NCBI GenBank assembly: GCA_050273025.1
Contig: CP158635.1
Coordinates: 25,420,001 to 25,484,000 of the forward strand
DNA from: Cenococcum geophilum
Lineage: Eukaryota
Direction: 5' to 3'
DNA: 64,000 nucleotides
Shown here: positions 1-13,486 of the stretch, one piece after another
Position numbering within the stretch: the first letter of the stretch is position 1
Layout of the letters: each line of letters starts with the position of its first letter
Program-made: the position numbers and the translations under genes
The notes under the pieces: generated by a model
Told to the model about the DNA's origin: nothing
Database searches by the model: none
What the model saw: the letters and a program-made list of their open reading frames with translations, nothing else

Positions 1-2100
1 ATTAGAATATAATAGATATTTAAGAGGCCTAAGCCGCTGGGGACGTAACCCGCTACCTACCTAAGATATATCTACTAAATATAAAATGCCTATAGGTAGC
101 AAAGCAGCTAATTATATACTACTGCGAAGATAACTTTAAGAAGCTATACCCTATAGACCCACAGCAAGGCTGCTTAGTTATCCTTATACTAACCCTAGGC
201 CTACTAGGATTCCTAAAGGACGTAAGTATAATATTATAAGACGGCGCGATTATAAAGCGCCCTAACCCGCCCCGGATTATAATTCTCGCCCTTAGTTATA
301 ATAAAGTTAAGATATTTAGTAAACTAAAAAAGGACAAATAGCCGCAAATCTGTAGGGCTTTTAAGTAGACTAATAAGGAATAATAGGAGAATAATAACAA
401 TATATATCTAGTTAGTAAGACTCTCCTATTATACCTATAGGGTAAAGTAGGTTTAAGAATAATTATTACCTACCCCTAATATAATAGAACTATTAGCGCC
501 GAGATACTTAATCTAATTCCTTCTAATTACTACGCGAAATTATATTACTACACGACTAATACGCGGGTTTATTACTATATAAACTAGTATATAGAAATTA
601 ATAAATGGCTAAACCCCTAAATTATATTAGAAATTAAAGAGTGTAATATAGGTTAGGTATATCCTCTAGGATGAATACTACCTAGACGTAACCGGTAGAG
701 TCTTAATATTATTTATTAAGGATATAGTTAAGGAGTACTATATTATGTATAATCGCAGCCCTACTATATAGGGTATATCTAGTACGCCTAATAATAGGAA
801 CCTAATATAACTAATACGGTTTATTATAGTAGGATTAAAGAGGCTAGAGTAGGAAGAAGTAGATAAGCTAAAGGGAATAGAGTTTAAAGTACTGCTTAAG
901 CTTAAAGAAGAAAACATCTAGCTAAAGAAGAAGGAATTTAACCGTCTCTATAAGGATGCAAAGACTAACCTAGCTAAAGCAATAGTAGATAAAAAATTCG
1001 GCGAACTAGCTATATTTTTCCGTATAGTTATTCTAACGTTTTAGATATATAGAGGGGAGTTAACGCTTTAGTTTAACTAGCAAAAGCTTATCCTAAAGAA
1101 TAGCTATCTTAAATTAGTTATATTATAGGCCGACTCTAATAATACTAAGGCGGCTATAATTATAGCTATAGAGGACTAAGTAAGGATAGAGCAGAGGCGC
1201 TAATATAAGGAACTTCTGGCTATATAGGAGGAAGATAGTAGCGATCTAAATACTAAACCTAAGATACTAAAACTTACCTAAGCCGAGTTATACACTAACG
1301 CGAAAATGGTAGTAAGTGTAGCCTAGGTTATCTAATACTGGGACTAGTAAGCCCCTATAATAATTAAGTCCGATAAGTCTAATAAGTCTAATAATAAACG
1401 CCTAAAAACTTAGAGTTGTATACTTAAGGACCTAATCGTTACTAAGTAAACTACTAACCCGCTTAGTAAGGAGTTCGCTAATATACTTAACCGCTATTTT
1501 TAATAGAATATAAAGTTCTTTAAAGCTAAAAAAATCTATAATTACGTTTATATCGAAAAACGGACGGATAGTTTAGCGTGTAAGATTATTATTACTACTC
1601 GCTTACCTCTTATACTGGCTTATTAGTTTAATAGGCTATATAAAGAATATAGTAAAGATAAGGTGCTCTACTATATAGCTAGTATGTCTAATATTAAGAA
1701 GGCTAAGGCTAGGTAAACCTTTAACACTAATAACTCTAAGTAGATCCTACTTTGCACCTTTATATTAATTAGGCTGTCTATTAACCTATAGCGCGTAAAT
1801 TACACTATTATAGTTGAGCTAAGCTATAAGCTCTTAGAGGTAAAGCAACTATTTGCTTAGATAGATTAACGAGGATAGACTAAGCCTATCTACTATAGTA
1901 CTATTATAGCTAATTAGAAGTCGAGTATTAAGTAGAGGATATTAAAGTTAACTAAATTTATATTGTTACTATAGAAGTTGGTGTATAAGGAGAAGGCTAA
2001 TTTAAGCTTAAAGTAGGCTAAGGTAAGAAGGAAGACACGAAGACTATCTAATGCTAGTAACGATTATAAGAGTATAATATAACTATAGATAGTTCTAAAT
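1..2100 (+). pseudogene. SNF2-family helicase/ATPase, RIP-inactivated, 5' part outside window (copy 1)
   Basis: Frame +1: 661-690 reads IL*DEYYL (de-RIP ILWDEYHL, DExH motif II); 766-790 reads *GISSTP (WGISGTP, motif III); 1741-1890 reads *ILLCTFILIRLSINL*RVNYTIIVELSYKLLEVKQLFA*ID*RG*TKPI (helicase-C motifs V/VI). Confidence 0.85.
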
Positions 2101-2744
2101 ACTATATATAGTTGCTATATAGCGAAACCTGTTACGATTATATAGTGGCGTATACGTGGGCTAAGGGACGTATCTTCTAGTAACTTATAAGTAGTAGCGT
2201 AGCGTATATAGTAAACTTAGTTAACTAAAATATTTCTAGTATTATTATTTCTAAAAGAGCATTAAGCTATATTATAGGACTAATACGCGTTATTATAATT
2301 TAGCTTATAAGCGTACGCGTATATATACTACCTTACCTCCTATATAGATCTTTACGCGACATTAATTATATACTTTTACCTCGTACCTTAATAGTTAGCT
2401 TATACCGTAATAGTCGGCTTATACTATAATAAGCTATAGCTTATAGCACTATTATTATTAAGGCAGCGTTTAGCCGCAAATTATAGCATTATTATTGGCG
2501 GTGTAGTATATAGCCGTAAAATATAACTAAATACGGCTAAATGCTAAAATTACTAGATTAGTATAAACCTAGCTTAAGATACTAGTAAATTTTTTTGTAA
2601 TAGTAGAGCCTTAGCAAGATTTTTATAGGAGTAGTAACTTTAATATTTATTAATAAAGTATATATAAAAATTAAAAATTATTAAAATTATTAAAATTATA
2701 CTTTTATATATGCTTACTAATATTAATAAAGTATATATAAAATT

Positions 2745-2983
2745 AAAAATTTATTATCATTTAATTTTACTTTTCTACTATTTTAGCATTTTCTAGCATT
2801 TCTAGCATTTTCTAGCATTTAGTAGCTAAATGCTAAGACTTAATTATAAATGCCGCATTTAGCGGCTAAATGCTAATACTTGATTATAAATGCTATATTT
2901 AGCTACTAAAAGCTAGAAAATGCTAGAAATGCTAGAAAATGCTAAAATAGCAGAAAAGTAAAATTAAATGCTGGTAAATTTTT
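2745..2983. repeat. Foldback/MITE-like inverted repeat
   Basis: Arms 2745-2831 and 2897-2983 are near-perfect reverse complements built from TTTCTAGCAT/ATGCTAGAAA units; related GCTAAATGCTA motifs extend left to ~2470. Confidence 0.85.
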
Positions 2984-2984
2984 T

Positions 2985-3599
2985 CCTAACGTAGTAACCT
3001 TCTAGGAGATTAACGTAAACTGCCTATAGTATTCGCGTATACTGCTAGGTGGATTATTCCTATACTATAGTATATAGACTTCTAAGAATTCTACTGTTTT
3101 AACTTATTGAAAGTAGTTACTTCCTTAGTAGTATGTCTTAAACTTTCCTATAAGTTCTATCTAGTTACTAATTATAAACTTAGGCAGACTTCGGATCTAT
3201 ATCTCTATCTAATAGTCGCAATACTCTAGAAGTCCTTAATACTTCTTATTGTCCGTAATATAGTATTAGATATATAGCCGCTTATACTATTTAATAAATT
3301 ATAATACGTTTATCCTATAAAGTAAGGGGTCTTAGGGGTTTCTAGAGCCGGTATAGGCTGGGATATAACATACACCTTATCTCGTTCCATTAGTAGTCTA
3401 GTAGGAGGTAGTAGACCTATAGTTTCTCTAGGGGTAGGTAGGTGGACCTCGTAACCGTTATCCTCTATCTATTAAAGGTTATTAGTCCCTAATATTATAG
3501 GAGTTAGGGTTAGTATTACATGCCCTAGTTTAGGAAAGCTTCGTGGTTTAATAGGCTGCTTGCTTTCCTCTCTCTTTCTAGCGCCCTTACTATTATTAT
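2985..3599 (-). pseudogene. Gypsy-type gag fragment interrupted by the Copia derivative (continues at ~7810-7900)
   Basis: Minus strand de-RIPs to ...GMNVSQFIEQYERLCIRYHVTDDEKHQGLPEYCDYWIGMWIRSLPEF..DWTELVGKFKTYY...QQVETVEFLE...REYCRQFTLIS, resembling fungal retrotransposon gag; ends at the foldback repeat. Confidence 0.6.
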
Positions 3600-3797
3600 T
3601 GTCGGAATAGTTATGTGTGGCACTAGACCACGCTAAGCAAGGTAAAGCGAAGCGAAGCGAAAGGGGCCTTAAGCCCCTTCTCCTTTGTAGAGCTTCTACC
3701 TAACATTAATTAAATTAATTATCATTGTATCAACCAGCAAAGACTATTTGACTACGATTCTGGCCTACTCAAGTAGGTATCCCTGGTGATACTAACA
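3600..3797 (+). repeat. 5' LTR of Copia derivative
   Basis: TG...CA termini; direct repeat of 7607-7804. Confidence 0.95.
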
Positions 3798-4279
3798 CTA
3801 ATTAGTGGTTATTAATCATTAACTATAGAACAGCAAGGATCTGTCTAGAAGAGGCTGAACTATAAATATCGGGATTGTATCCCCACCCCTTTGCAGGAAC
3901 GCGCTAGAGGAAACTGGCGAAGCAACTTTAAAGGCTCCTAGAAGAAGCTAGTATATACCTTTAGCAAGTGTTAAAGAAGCCGCGCAAGATTTCTAAAGAC
4001 TTGTGTAGAGTTAGCGAGCTAAGAACCTCTCCCTCCGTCTAACCCTCTAAGTCGCATCTATTACGTAGAACAATAACGTTTATAAGCACTTAAGTAGAAT
4101 CGGTAAGCTAAGAACCTTTCCCTCTACTAACGCTCTAAGTCTCTGTTAAGAACGTTATTATAATAACCTTAACAATTTACCTCTAAACCCAACTTCTATA
4201 AACCCAACCTCTACAAACCCGACCTTATTACTTTTAATTACTTTAACCCCTTTTTAAACTAGTCAATTCCTAAATTAAT

Positions 4280-6600
4280 ATGTTATTGTAAGATAAATAT
4301 ACCTATAATAAGAAAAAATGGGGAGACTTATTTAATCCTATAAATAAAGACAACCTTAATATAGAAATAGTGAATGGATATATGTAATACTATATCTAGT
4401 ACTACTAAAGGGAGAAATATAAGGACCGAATTCTATAGGAATACTTTTAAGAAGATTTTAAAGGATGGACAAAGGATATCTTTAATCTCGGTTATAAGAA
4501 CTTAGTCCGAATATTGCGAGATCATTTGCAATTATATGGATGCTATATGGGTAAAGATAGGAGAACCCTCTTTATAAACTTGCAAATTGCTATTAAGAAA
4601 GAAGAGTATTATATATGGACTAAAGAAGAAATCGATTAATAGCTTAGAAAAGGCGGCGAGTTTTATTTATAGTGGAATCCTTATAAATTACAAGCACTAA
4701 GATTAGTAGTAGTATCGACACCCTAAGCTACTCCTATAACACCTCAAGCCACTCCTATAATACCTCGGACCACTCCTATGATATCTTAAGTTCCTTAGGC
4801 TACTATATCTTAACCTATGCCTTAAGCTCCGTCCCACCAGTAATAAGCCTCTACTTCTCTACAGCAACCTCTACAGCAATCTCTGCAATAACCTCTACAA
4901 TAACCTCTATAACAAGCTAGATCTATAAACGATATCCTAACCTACTATTAGTAAGCTTAGCAAGAACCTCTACAAGAACCTCTGTAGTAATCTCCGCAAT
5001 AACCTCTATAAGAACCTCCACAACAACCTCCGTAAGAATCTCCGCATTAACCTCCGTAAGAACCTCTGTAATAGCCATAAGTAACACCACTAAAGACGCG
5101 TCTACCTCTATCTTCAATTCCCCAGTATCTACTAGTTTAACCCACAACTTTAACTACTACCCCTTAACTTAAGCAAGCGTAAGATCCCCTTGCTTCGCAA
5201 TCCAATAACCTTTAAACTCTGCTATAGCAAGATTAGGTACCACGCCCTATTCTATTAAGCTCTATATTCCCACTATAGCCTATAATATAATTTTAATATG
5301 GCCTAGCGCTACTTAGAGGTATTCTAAAGTTGCTTAAAGAGCTTATAAAACTCTATTCGGACTAGGAGAAGAAGTTTAGTAGGGAATTGTATAATATCCT
5401 TAATTTAAAGCTATATATCTTCTATAACTATTGCTAGAAGTATTAATATTAAATCCTAAACCTACCTAGACCACCACGCAATAAATAAGCTTAACTACGA
5501 TTATTAGAAGAATACTAAAGAGAATACAGTCTTTGGGATTAGGTTATTAGTGCCTATAAAGGTATTAACAAGTACAGTCTTACATTATATAACCTAGCCA
5601 CTATATTTAAGGGTATATATGCTTAGTTATAATTAGTAGTAGGTATAGAAGTACATACCTAAGGGACACAATAATACTATACGCAAACTGTTCCTTAGAA
5701 GCAAAAAGACAATTAAAATAATACCAAGCAGCACGACTAGAATTGGACCGATTATATATATAGAGGACCCCAAAAAGGTACCTAGCGTAGTTTATATTTA
5801 TATAGAGGAGGATACTAAAGTAGAGGAAACTACTATAGTAGATATCGTAACCACCGGCCACCCTAAAAGAAGCTTAAGCTCGTAGATACTAAGTCTCCTA
5901 GCTTCTAGAACAACATTATAGCCTAGTATTATAGCTTTCTTACTATATAGGAAGGAGTAGAAGATCTTCTAGATAATAATATAGGAGAAGTTAACTATAT
6001 AGTGATAAGTATAGAGATTAAGGAGGAATATAATACATATTTTACGGAGTTTAGAGAAGTTAACGGTACCTAGACCGTAGCTATCTTAAATAACCAGTCC
6101 ACCTAGTACACTATCACTAGTAAGAATATCTTTAAGATGTTACCGCTACAGTTACTAAAGACCTTAGTATTTATATTTAAGGACCAATATTTATTAGAGG
6201 TCTTCTAGGGCAGTATACCAGACAGCGGAGCTACAGGTGTATTAACTACTAGTTAACCTCAGTTCTAAGCATTACAAAAGCTTAATATTAGTGTCTAACT
6301 TAACACTACTATAGCTAGAGCCTATAAGATCCGATTCGGTAAAGGCACTATATTACCCTAAGGCACTATCCAAGTTCCTACCCCGCTAGGCACTATTACC
6401 TTCTATATTATCCTAGTAAATATACCGTTCTTATTTTATATCTAAGATATAGATAAAATAGGTATTAAGCTAGACAACTTTTAAAATATAAAGATCTAAG
6501 GTAATAAGATTATCCTAGTTATACGAAAATGGGGCTATCTATAGATGTTACTCCACTAACCAGAATATAGTATTACCTAGAGTCATTTAACTAAAATAGA
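4280..6600 (+). pseudogene. Copia gag-protease, RIP-inactivated
   Basis: F*EDFKGWTKDIF (~4446); LLKELIKLYSD*EKKFSRELYNIL (~5330); protease DSGATGV (~6221); KIRFGKG...VPTPLGTITF...PFL; VIRKWGYL*MLL (~6518). Contains Pro/Gln-rich 12- and 21-bp repeats at 4720-5140. Confidence 0.85.
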
Positions 6601-7606
6601 TACTCTATTACTATCCGTTACTAAAAGAGATAAAGCAATCTATATAACTACTAAGGAAGTTTATTATCTCTAAGCAGAGCGCTAGGTTAAAGATACGCTT
6701 GCTATAAGAAACAGCTCAAATACCATATCCGTCTACCTAGTCTTAGGTAATATACGGTAATATGCGGCAATCTATAGCAATCTGCCTGGTACTACCTAGT
6801 ACTATCGCTAGTACCGTACTACTACCCAACTAGACAATAAATATGCTACGCCTATAGTCCAACCAACTAAATAATCGCGCTAATACGCCTACGATCTAAC
6901 AACCAATTAATAGATCGAGCTCTAAATATTCGACCTACTATTACTACCTAATACTAGCACCGCATTGCCATCAGAACCGACACCTTACTGCTCTACCTAT
7001 AGCTAACTAACTAAATAATTGCGCTAATATACTTGCGATCTATAAACCAGATAATAATAGCGCTAATATGCCTGCTATCTATAAATCAGACAATAATTAC
7101 GCCAATACGCATATAATCTACCACCGGCAAACCGATAGACGAGCTCTATATTTAACCGACTATCGCTACCTAACGCTTACACTATACTGCTATCTAAATT
7201 AACAAGCTCCGCCCGCGTAAGCTCCGCTAGCTTCACCCTCTACTTTTAATACGTCAACAAAGCCTATATATTAGTGGTTTTACCTATAAAAGAAGAATTG
7301 CTAGAAAGTAGGAATAGAGTCTAATTAATACCATAATGCCACTACGCCGTGTATATGAGATTATTTCCTAAGAACTGGATAGCGCTACTAGAGAGCTCAC
7401 CTTACAGATAGCTGTTAAGGCTGTTAACAATTCAAGGTTATAATAGTTTAAGGCTTACTACTTAGTTAACCACCATTTCTTTAGCAAATTCTGGGTTTAG
7501 CGAGACTTATATATATAATGGTATATAGTAAGATAGGAGGATAAAAGTATTTCTTTTAAATAACGATCAGTTCTTATCTTAGGCCATAAAAAGAAAGAAC
7601 TGCCTG

Positions 7607-7804
7607 TGTCGGAATAGTTATATATAGCACTAGACCACGCCAAGCAAGGTAAAGCGAAGCGAAGCGAAAGGGGCCTTAAGCCCCTTCTCCTTTGCAGAGC
7701 TTCTACCTAACATCAATCAAATCAATTATTATCGTATCAACCAGCAAAGACTGTTTAACTACGATTCTGGCCTACTTAAGTAGGTATCCCTAGTAATACC
7801 AACA
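7607..7804 (+). repeat. 3' LTR of Copia derivative
   Basis: Direct repeat of 3600-3797 followed by TSD ATTAT. Confidence 0.95.
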
Positions 7805-8574
7805 ATTATAGAATAGGCCTAATATTCCCAACAATCCCTTTGCTAGTACTATCGCCATTATTATAAATTTAAAGGTAGCTTTAATAAATGCGAGAATAAT
7901 AGTATAGACTGTTATAAATATAGTAAATAAAATATAAAAGACTTTTCTCTACCGTTCCTAGTGTACTATAGTCCTTCCTTTTATCCTTTGTCTTACTATA
8001 CTATATACTTACCTTCTTATTACTACTTGCCGACCACTATTCCCGTATAGAGAGCTTAGCAAGTGTTATTGGTTTATTCTTTATAGTGGTAGCTATATAC
8101 TAGTCGCTAATATACCTATATTTCTTTACCTTAGTCATTCTATTATAGTTCTAGATCGATTTTATATATCTTTTATATATAGAGCACTAGATTTCTAATC
8201 TAAAGAGCTTGCTATTGTCCCTATATAGAATGCTATAAAATATATAGGAGGGTACGGTGTCTCTCAGATGGAAAGTCACTATTGGGGAGAGGGATATATA
8301 AGAGAAAGGCGGACTGTACTGTAGATGGAGCCTCTAAGAAGTTAAAAAAAATAAGAAATTTCTTATAAGAAAAGACTTTTATAATTACGTTTTTGTTTTC
8401 TAGCGTTAAGAATTAAGGCGTTAATTATAATTTCCTTAGCTTAGTATTATTTTTCTATCTAGTTGCTTCTATATCAAGAGTATCTTATTATTATTTATAT
8501 ATATATTAGATTAAAGTTAAAAACTCGCTTTATAGTAAGCTTAATAAGTCCTCTACCTTGTATACTTGTTAGTA

Positions 8575-8885
8575 ATAAGTTAGCCGCCCTGTAACTCGCT
8601 TCTGATATCTATATACCACTTAACGAAACACCTATTCTACTTTTTAATACTTATACTACTTATAAAGCGTTTATGCTAGCCTATATTTGCTATTAAGCAT
8701 ACTAAAGTAATTCTTGCCGACCGTTATCTTATATCCTTATTCCGCTTAATAGAATATATCTTCTACTTCTTAATACCTCTGCTGCTTATAAAGCGTCTAT
8801 ACTAGCCTATTTTTGCTATTAAGCGTACTAAAGTAATCCTTACTAACTGTTATCTTACGTCCTTATACCGTTTAATAGAATATCG
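8575..8885 (-). pseudogene. 42-aa TPR repeats (kinesin-light-chain/NLR-type), fragment
   Basis: 126-bp direct repeat (8661 vs 8787); minus strand de-RIPs to ...FHQTVQGRKITVGKDHFSTLDSKNGLARTLYKQQRYQEAEDMFRQAEQGYKITVGKNHSSTLDSKYGLAQTLYEQHKYQEAEQVFRQ. Confidence 0.75.
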
Positions 8886-10103
8886 CGCTGTCTATATTTA
8901 CTTATGCTTACACTTCTACTATTATATATTAAGCGTGTATAAAGGAATAGAGTTTAAGCTAGAGGCTAGCTAGATGCGAAAGTAGGGTTAGGGCTTAGGG
9001 GATTGTAGTTAGACCTAAAGTTTATATAGCTTAGTTTAAACTAGATCCTATACTTATTCTATATTACTTATAATAATATCTAGATATATAACTAATAGTG
9101 CAGGATACGTTGTCTTGCTATTTATTACTACTTTAGTCTTTAACCTTAGCCTTACTTATATCTACCTTCTCTTTATTTTATAATATTGGCGCTTAGGCTA
9201 TTAGATTTATATACCTAATATATTATAGTAATAAAAGTACTTTAATACCGCACTGTTGTTTAACACTTAACTTAGTTTAGTAAAACGATTGCTAAATGGT
9301 CTGCTTCTAGGGCGGCAAAATCTTAGTAACGCGGTTAGAGGGGAAGCTAATTTCGTAAGCGGCTATAGTATTAAGCCAAACGGCTTAATGGTCTTAGTGT
9401 CTAAGAGTGTAAGTATAAGAACTAATATTTTTAGTTCCAGCTTAAATTGCAATTCTTAGAGGCTAGATACTAATTCTAGTTTAGGATATAGGCTAATTAA
9501 CTATAGTAAAAAGGGCGTAATTCTAAAAACTGGATCCAGTTCTAAACTAGATCCTATTTTTAGAAATATGTTAATTAACTACTATAAAAAGAGGTTAACT
9601 ATATCTATATTTGGTATATTAAGTTTAGCTTATTTTAGGACTAGCTATATAATTATTTATAGGCGCTTATATAACTAACTCTATAGTTAACCTGCTTAGG
9701 CCCTTTAGCCTTACTATATAAGAGCCTTACGTGTTATAGAATAAACTAAAACTAATAGGCATAACTAGAAAACGCTACCTCCTGGCACTTTTGGGTTATT
9801 ATAGCTTAGTATTTAACTAAGCCCTACAAAGCCTTAGTCTAAGCCATATTAGATTAGCTTAACTTTTCTACGCCCAATCTTTAATCCTCCCTGCATTTCC
9901 TTACACCTTACTTCTTTCCTTGCACTTTTCTCCCTAGTTATTTCCTTATTGCAAGATACGCCTAATATATCCTTAACCTCCCTATACTTACTTATATCTC
10001 TACTATTATACTATTTATCTCTTTAATATCCCCTTATTACCTACCTACCTACCTACCTACTATATTAGTCCTCCTAATATAGCTCTTAGCGCGTTATCCT
10101 ATA

Positions 10104-12511
10104 ATAGCAAATCTTTTTAGATTAGAAATAATTAAAATAAAACCTATTAGAGAGGGACTAAATAGTTTTTATAATTTATTTAACTTAATTTATAAGGATC
10201 TAGGTGTCTCTAACTCTTTAAATATATTACATTAGATAAGTAATAAAGGTAACTATTAATTTACCTAGTATAAGCTCTATCTAACGCTTATAGAACTAAA
10301 GGATATTTTACTTAATTTAATACTTACTCTATAGAGCCTTCCTACTTCTTATTTATTACTATCTAATAGTAGCAATAAAAACCTTCTTGGTAATCTATTA
10401 AGACTTAATTTAGCAGTTAACTCCAATAGCTTTAATATTAAATAGTCTCTACCTCTCCTAAATGTAATCCTTTATATTAAGCCTAACAAGATTATCTAGA
10501 AGAAGGTATACGCTACCGTAATAGAGTCTACACCTCATTCCTAACTACTACCACTTTATATTTAATAAACCCCACATATATATAGTACAGGTAGCTTTAC
10601 TAACTCGTCCGAATATAGGAAATACGTAGATTATATTCTAAAGGAGGAGCTAGGCCCTCTTTATATAGGGATTCCTAGCTTATAGAAAGTATTCTTTAGG
10701 GAAGTAAACGGTCTTAAAGAGGTAAGTACTGCTGTTTTTAAGAAATGCAAGGAAGGGGACAATCCACTATATGCTAAGGGCGGCTAGTATAGCTGGCCTA
10801 AAAGTATAGAGCAAGATAGTATCCTAGAGTGGTTTAATAACCTAATTAAATTATTTTTAGGCTTTATAGAGGAGTATAGGTCCGCCCTAAAGATATAATA
10901 AACGCTTATTATATATATTAAGCAGCCCTTATAAGGATCTACAGCAAAGTAAAAGCTAGATATTAGTTTTATAGATAATCTAATAGCTAGCAAAGGCTCT
11001 TAATACTATTAGTTATATATACTTATACTAGGAGAGCTAAAGGGTAATCTAAATACCAATATAGCCTTATAGGCATAGTTTAATTTAGGAAAATATATAA
11101 GAGAAGTCTTCACCGCTTAGGACACTCGTCGCTTTATCCTAGGCTTTACCCTCTATAGATCTATTATATAGCTATAGTAGTATAACTAGGTAGGAGGCAT
11201 TATATTATTACTATTTAATATTAATAAAGATAGACTATAATTAACCTTAGTAATATTAGGATTTCTCTAGATAAATAAGGAGCAGCTTAGGTTTAACCCT
11301 ACTATTCTAATATTAGATAGTAAATAATATATTAAGGTCGTGCGCAATAATTAGACCGAGCGTCTTATCCTTAACAAACCTATAAAGTAGGCACGCTATA
11401 TTACTAGTTAAGCGACTACTTACTAGAAAGTATATTTTAAGAGGGACGCCTCTAGGATACCCCTTATTATTAAAGACTTATAGTAGTACCTACAGTATAA
11501 GGAAGAAGGTAAACTGCTACGTAAGGTAATAGAGAAAGAAGTGGTTAATATAGCTAGGTACTATTACTATAAGATAGTTTATATAGGTGGTAAGGAAAAT
11601 AATATTTATAATAATATCTATAAGGGGCTAGGTATTATAAAAGCAACAAACCATAAGCTAGAAGATTTAATAATACCTCTAGGACTAGCTAAAGTAAAAA
11701 TTAGTATAAGGAAAGGCCGAAGTTCTGGCAGAAAGAGGTTGTCCAGCTATACTAACGCCCTATTACCGCCCAGCAAGTATATATATTTAGGCTCTCCCCC
11801 TAAAGGTAGAAGGCGCCTTATAACCCTAAATTAAGTATATTAATATATTATTACTAAGGACTATAGAAAGCCTCTTTATAAGGCAAGCTCTTAGACTATA
11901 ATACTTACTATACTAGAGGGTGGCATTAAAGAATATAAGTCTTTATATACACGGGCTAGTATTATCTAATATAATATTTTAATAGGCAATCTTATAATAA
12001 ATAAGGAAGATAATAATCCTTCTTAGCCGGCATTCTTAATTAATTTTAATCTTACAATTAAAGAGTAGTAGGAAGGGCCTTTAGGAGCGCGGGGTAAGAC
12101 TAGTATAAGAGTATTTATAGTAATTAGAGTGCTCCTAGGTAAGATATACTTAGCTTAGTATAATTTTAAGCTATTCTTTTAGGTACTATTTTAGATATAT
12201 ATTTACTATAATAGACCTAATAAGAAAGATAATATTATTAATAGATTTAATAAGTGGAATTCTATAAATATAGAAGAGCTAGCTAAGATAAAGAAAGGAG
12301 AAGTGGATAATAAAGGGAAGAGGATTTTCTTAAAACTGCAGGTAATAACTTTTTACTATACTATTAACCACTAATCTCTTAGGTTAATAGATTGCGGAAA
12401 GTATTATTTCTAGGTAGTAGGAGGCAAAAGAGAAAGAATAAAAAACTTCCTTCTTAAATAAAGGAGGTGCTTTAGAAAGTAAGGAAGGATTTAAAGGTAC
12501 TAGCAGAGTAG
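10104..12511 (+). pseudogene. FunK1 fungal-specific protein kinase (Pkinase_fungal), RIP-inactivated
   Basis: De-RIP motifs in order: KPIGEGL (N-term), RRFILGFTLCGS (~11127), EQLGFDPTI (~11280), RATTCWK, LVIKDSWQYP...EEGELL...VVNVARYYHHE (~11465-11573), DISIGNLMM, FLIDFDLAIKE, GKTGTRAFMAIGVL, FFWVLFWICIHY. Confidence 0.92.
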
Positions 12512-12779
12512 ATAGAATAATATTTTATTATCCTATACTCTTCTACTATATAAGTTAAAGTTTTATAGAGATCTAGGCGGCTAAGGCTAGGTAGTAGCCT
12601 TAGTTAAAATATATATATAATAGTATAGGGCAAGTCGCCTAGGCTAAATAAACCCGGGAAAGTAGATAACCTAATCTTCCGCTAGATTATTAGGTCCCTA
12701 TACCCTACTATTTTATATAGGCTTTAAATTTCTATAAAATATATAACCCACTCTCTAGCCTATTAGAAGCTACCTTATA

Positions 12780-13265
12780 CCGCCTAAATAGGGGCTATAG
12801 AAGAGTTAATCCCCTATTCTAACTAATCCCCTATTTAAATAAGTCCCCTACTTAAATAAATTCCCTATAGGAGCTAATGCCTATATATTTTGCCGCCCTA
12901 TAGGAACTAATCCCCTACTCCTAATAATCCCCTATAGGATATAATCCCCTATAGGATATACTCCCCTATAGAATCTAATCCCCTACTTTAAAAAATCCCC
13001 TACAGGTACTAATACCTATATATTCTATCACCCTATAGGAACTAATTCCCTATAGCTTATATTCCTATATAGCTTTTACTCCCCTATAGGAGCCTATAAC
13101 TACTTTTCCTCTCCCCTATAGTAACTAATACCCTATAGCTTCTATTCTTCTATTTCTAGATCTATTAATAATTTACCTACGCTATAGCCTACTATATAGG
13201 CCTTATTTTATAGGAGTAAATAAGTATATAGGCTTATATCCTTATAGGAATAGAAGCTATCTATA
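12780..13265. repeat. Degenerate ~20-bp minisatellite (AATCCCCTATAGGA core) with inverted copies
   Basis: Many (A/T)ATCCCCTAT/CCTATAGG units at ~20-bp spacing; ATAGCTTCTATTC (~13135) is inverted at ~13248. Confidence 0.75.
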
Positions 13266-13486
13266 ATTACAATTTTAAGAATTAATAAATACTAATGCTA
13301 TTAGCTATAAAATCTATAAAACGTATTTGCTAATACTCTATATATATAAGCAAATCTATATATATAAGTTTAAATTCTTAACTAATCTAGCGCCTTTAAA
13401 GTTACTTTTAAAATCTTAGTTTAATATAAGAGCCATTCTTAAATGCTTATATTATTAGGTAAAACCTAAGTAGATAGTTATATAGC

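Larger units (their letters stand above)
3600..7804 (+). mobile_element. Internally deleted (non-autonomous) Ty1/Copia LTR retrotransposon
   Basis: 198-bp LTRs (TGTCGG...AACA) at 3600-3797 and 7607-7804; perfect TSD ATTAT (3595-3599, 7805-7809); purine tract AAAAAGAAAGAAC before the 3' LTR; gag and protease present, only scraps of integrase/RT. Confidence 0.93.

Noticed and set aside
2130..2300. Solo LTR starting TGTTACG
   Set aside because: No matching 3' terminus or TSD identified.
4923..5147. 74-aa Val/Glu-rich ORF
   Set aside because: Antisense shadow of the 12-bp Pro/Gln repeats in Copia gag. Most other short ORF-track entries are similar shadows; 11541-11834 and 38330-38593 are stop-free pieces of FunK1 and integrase.
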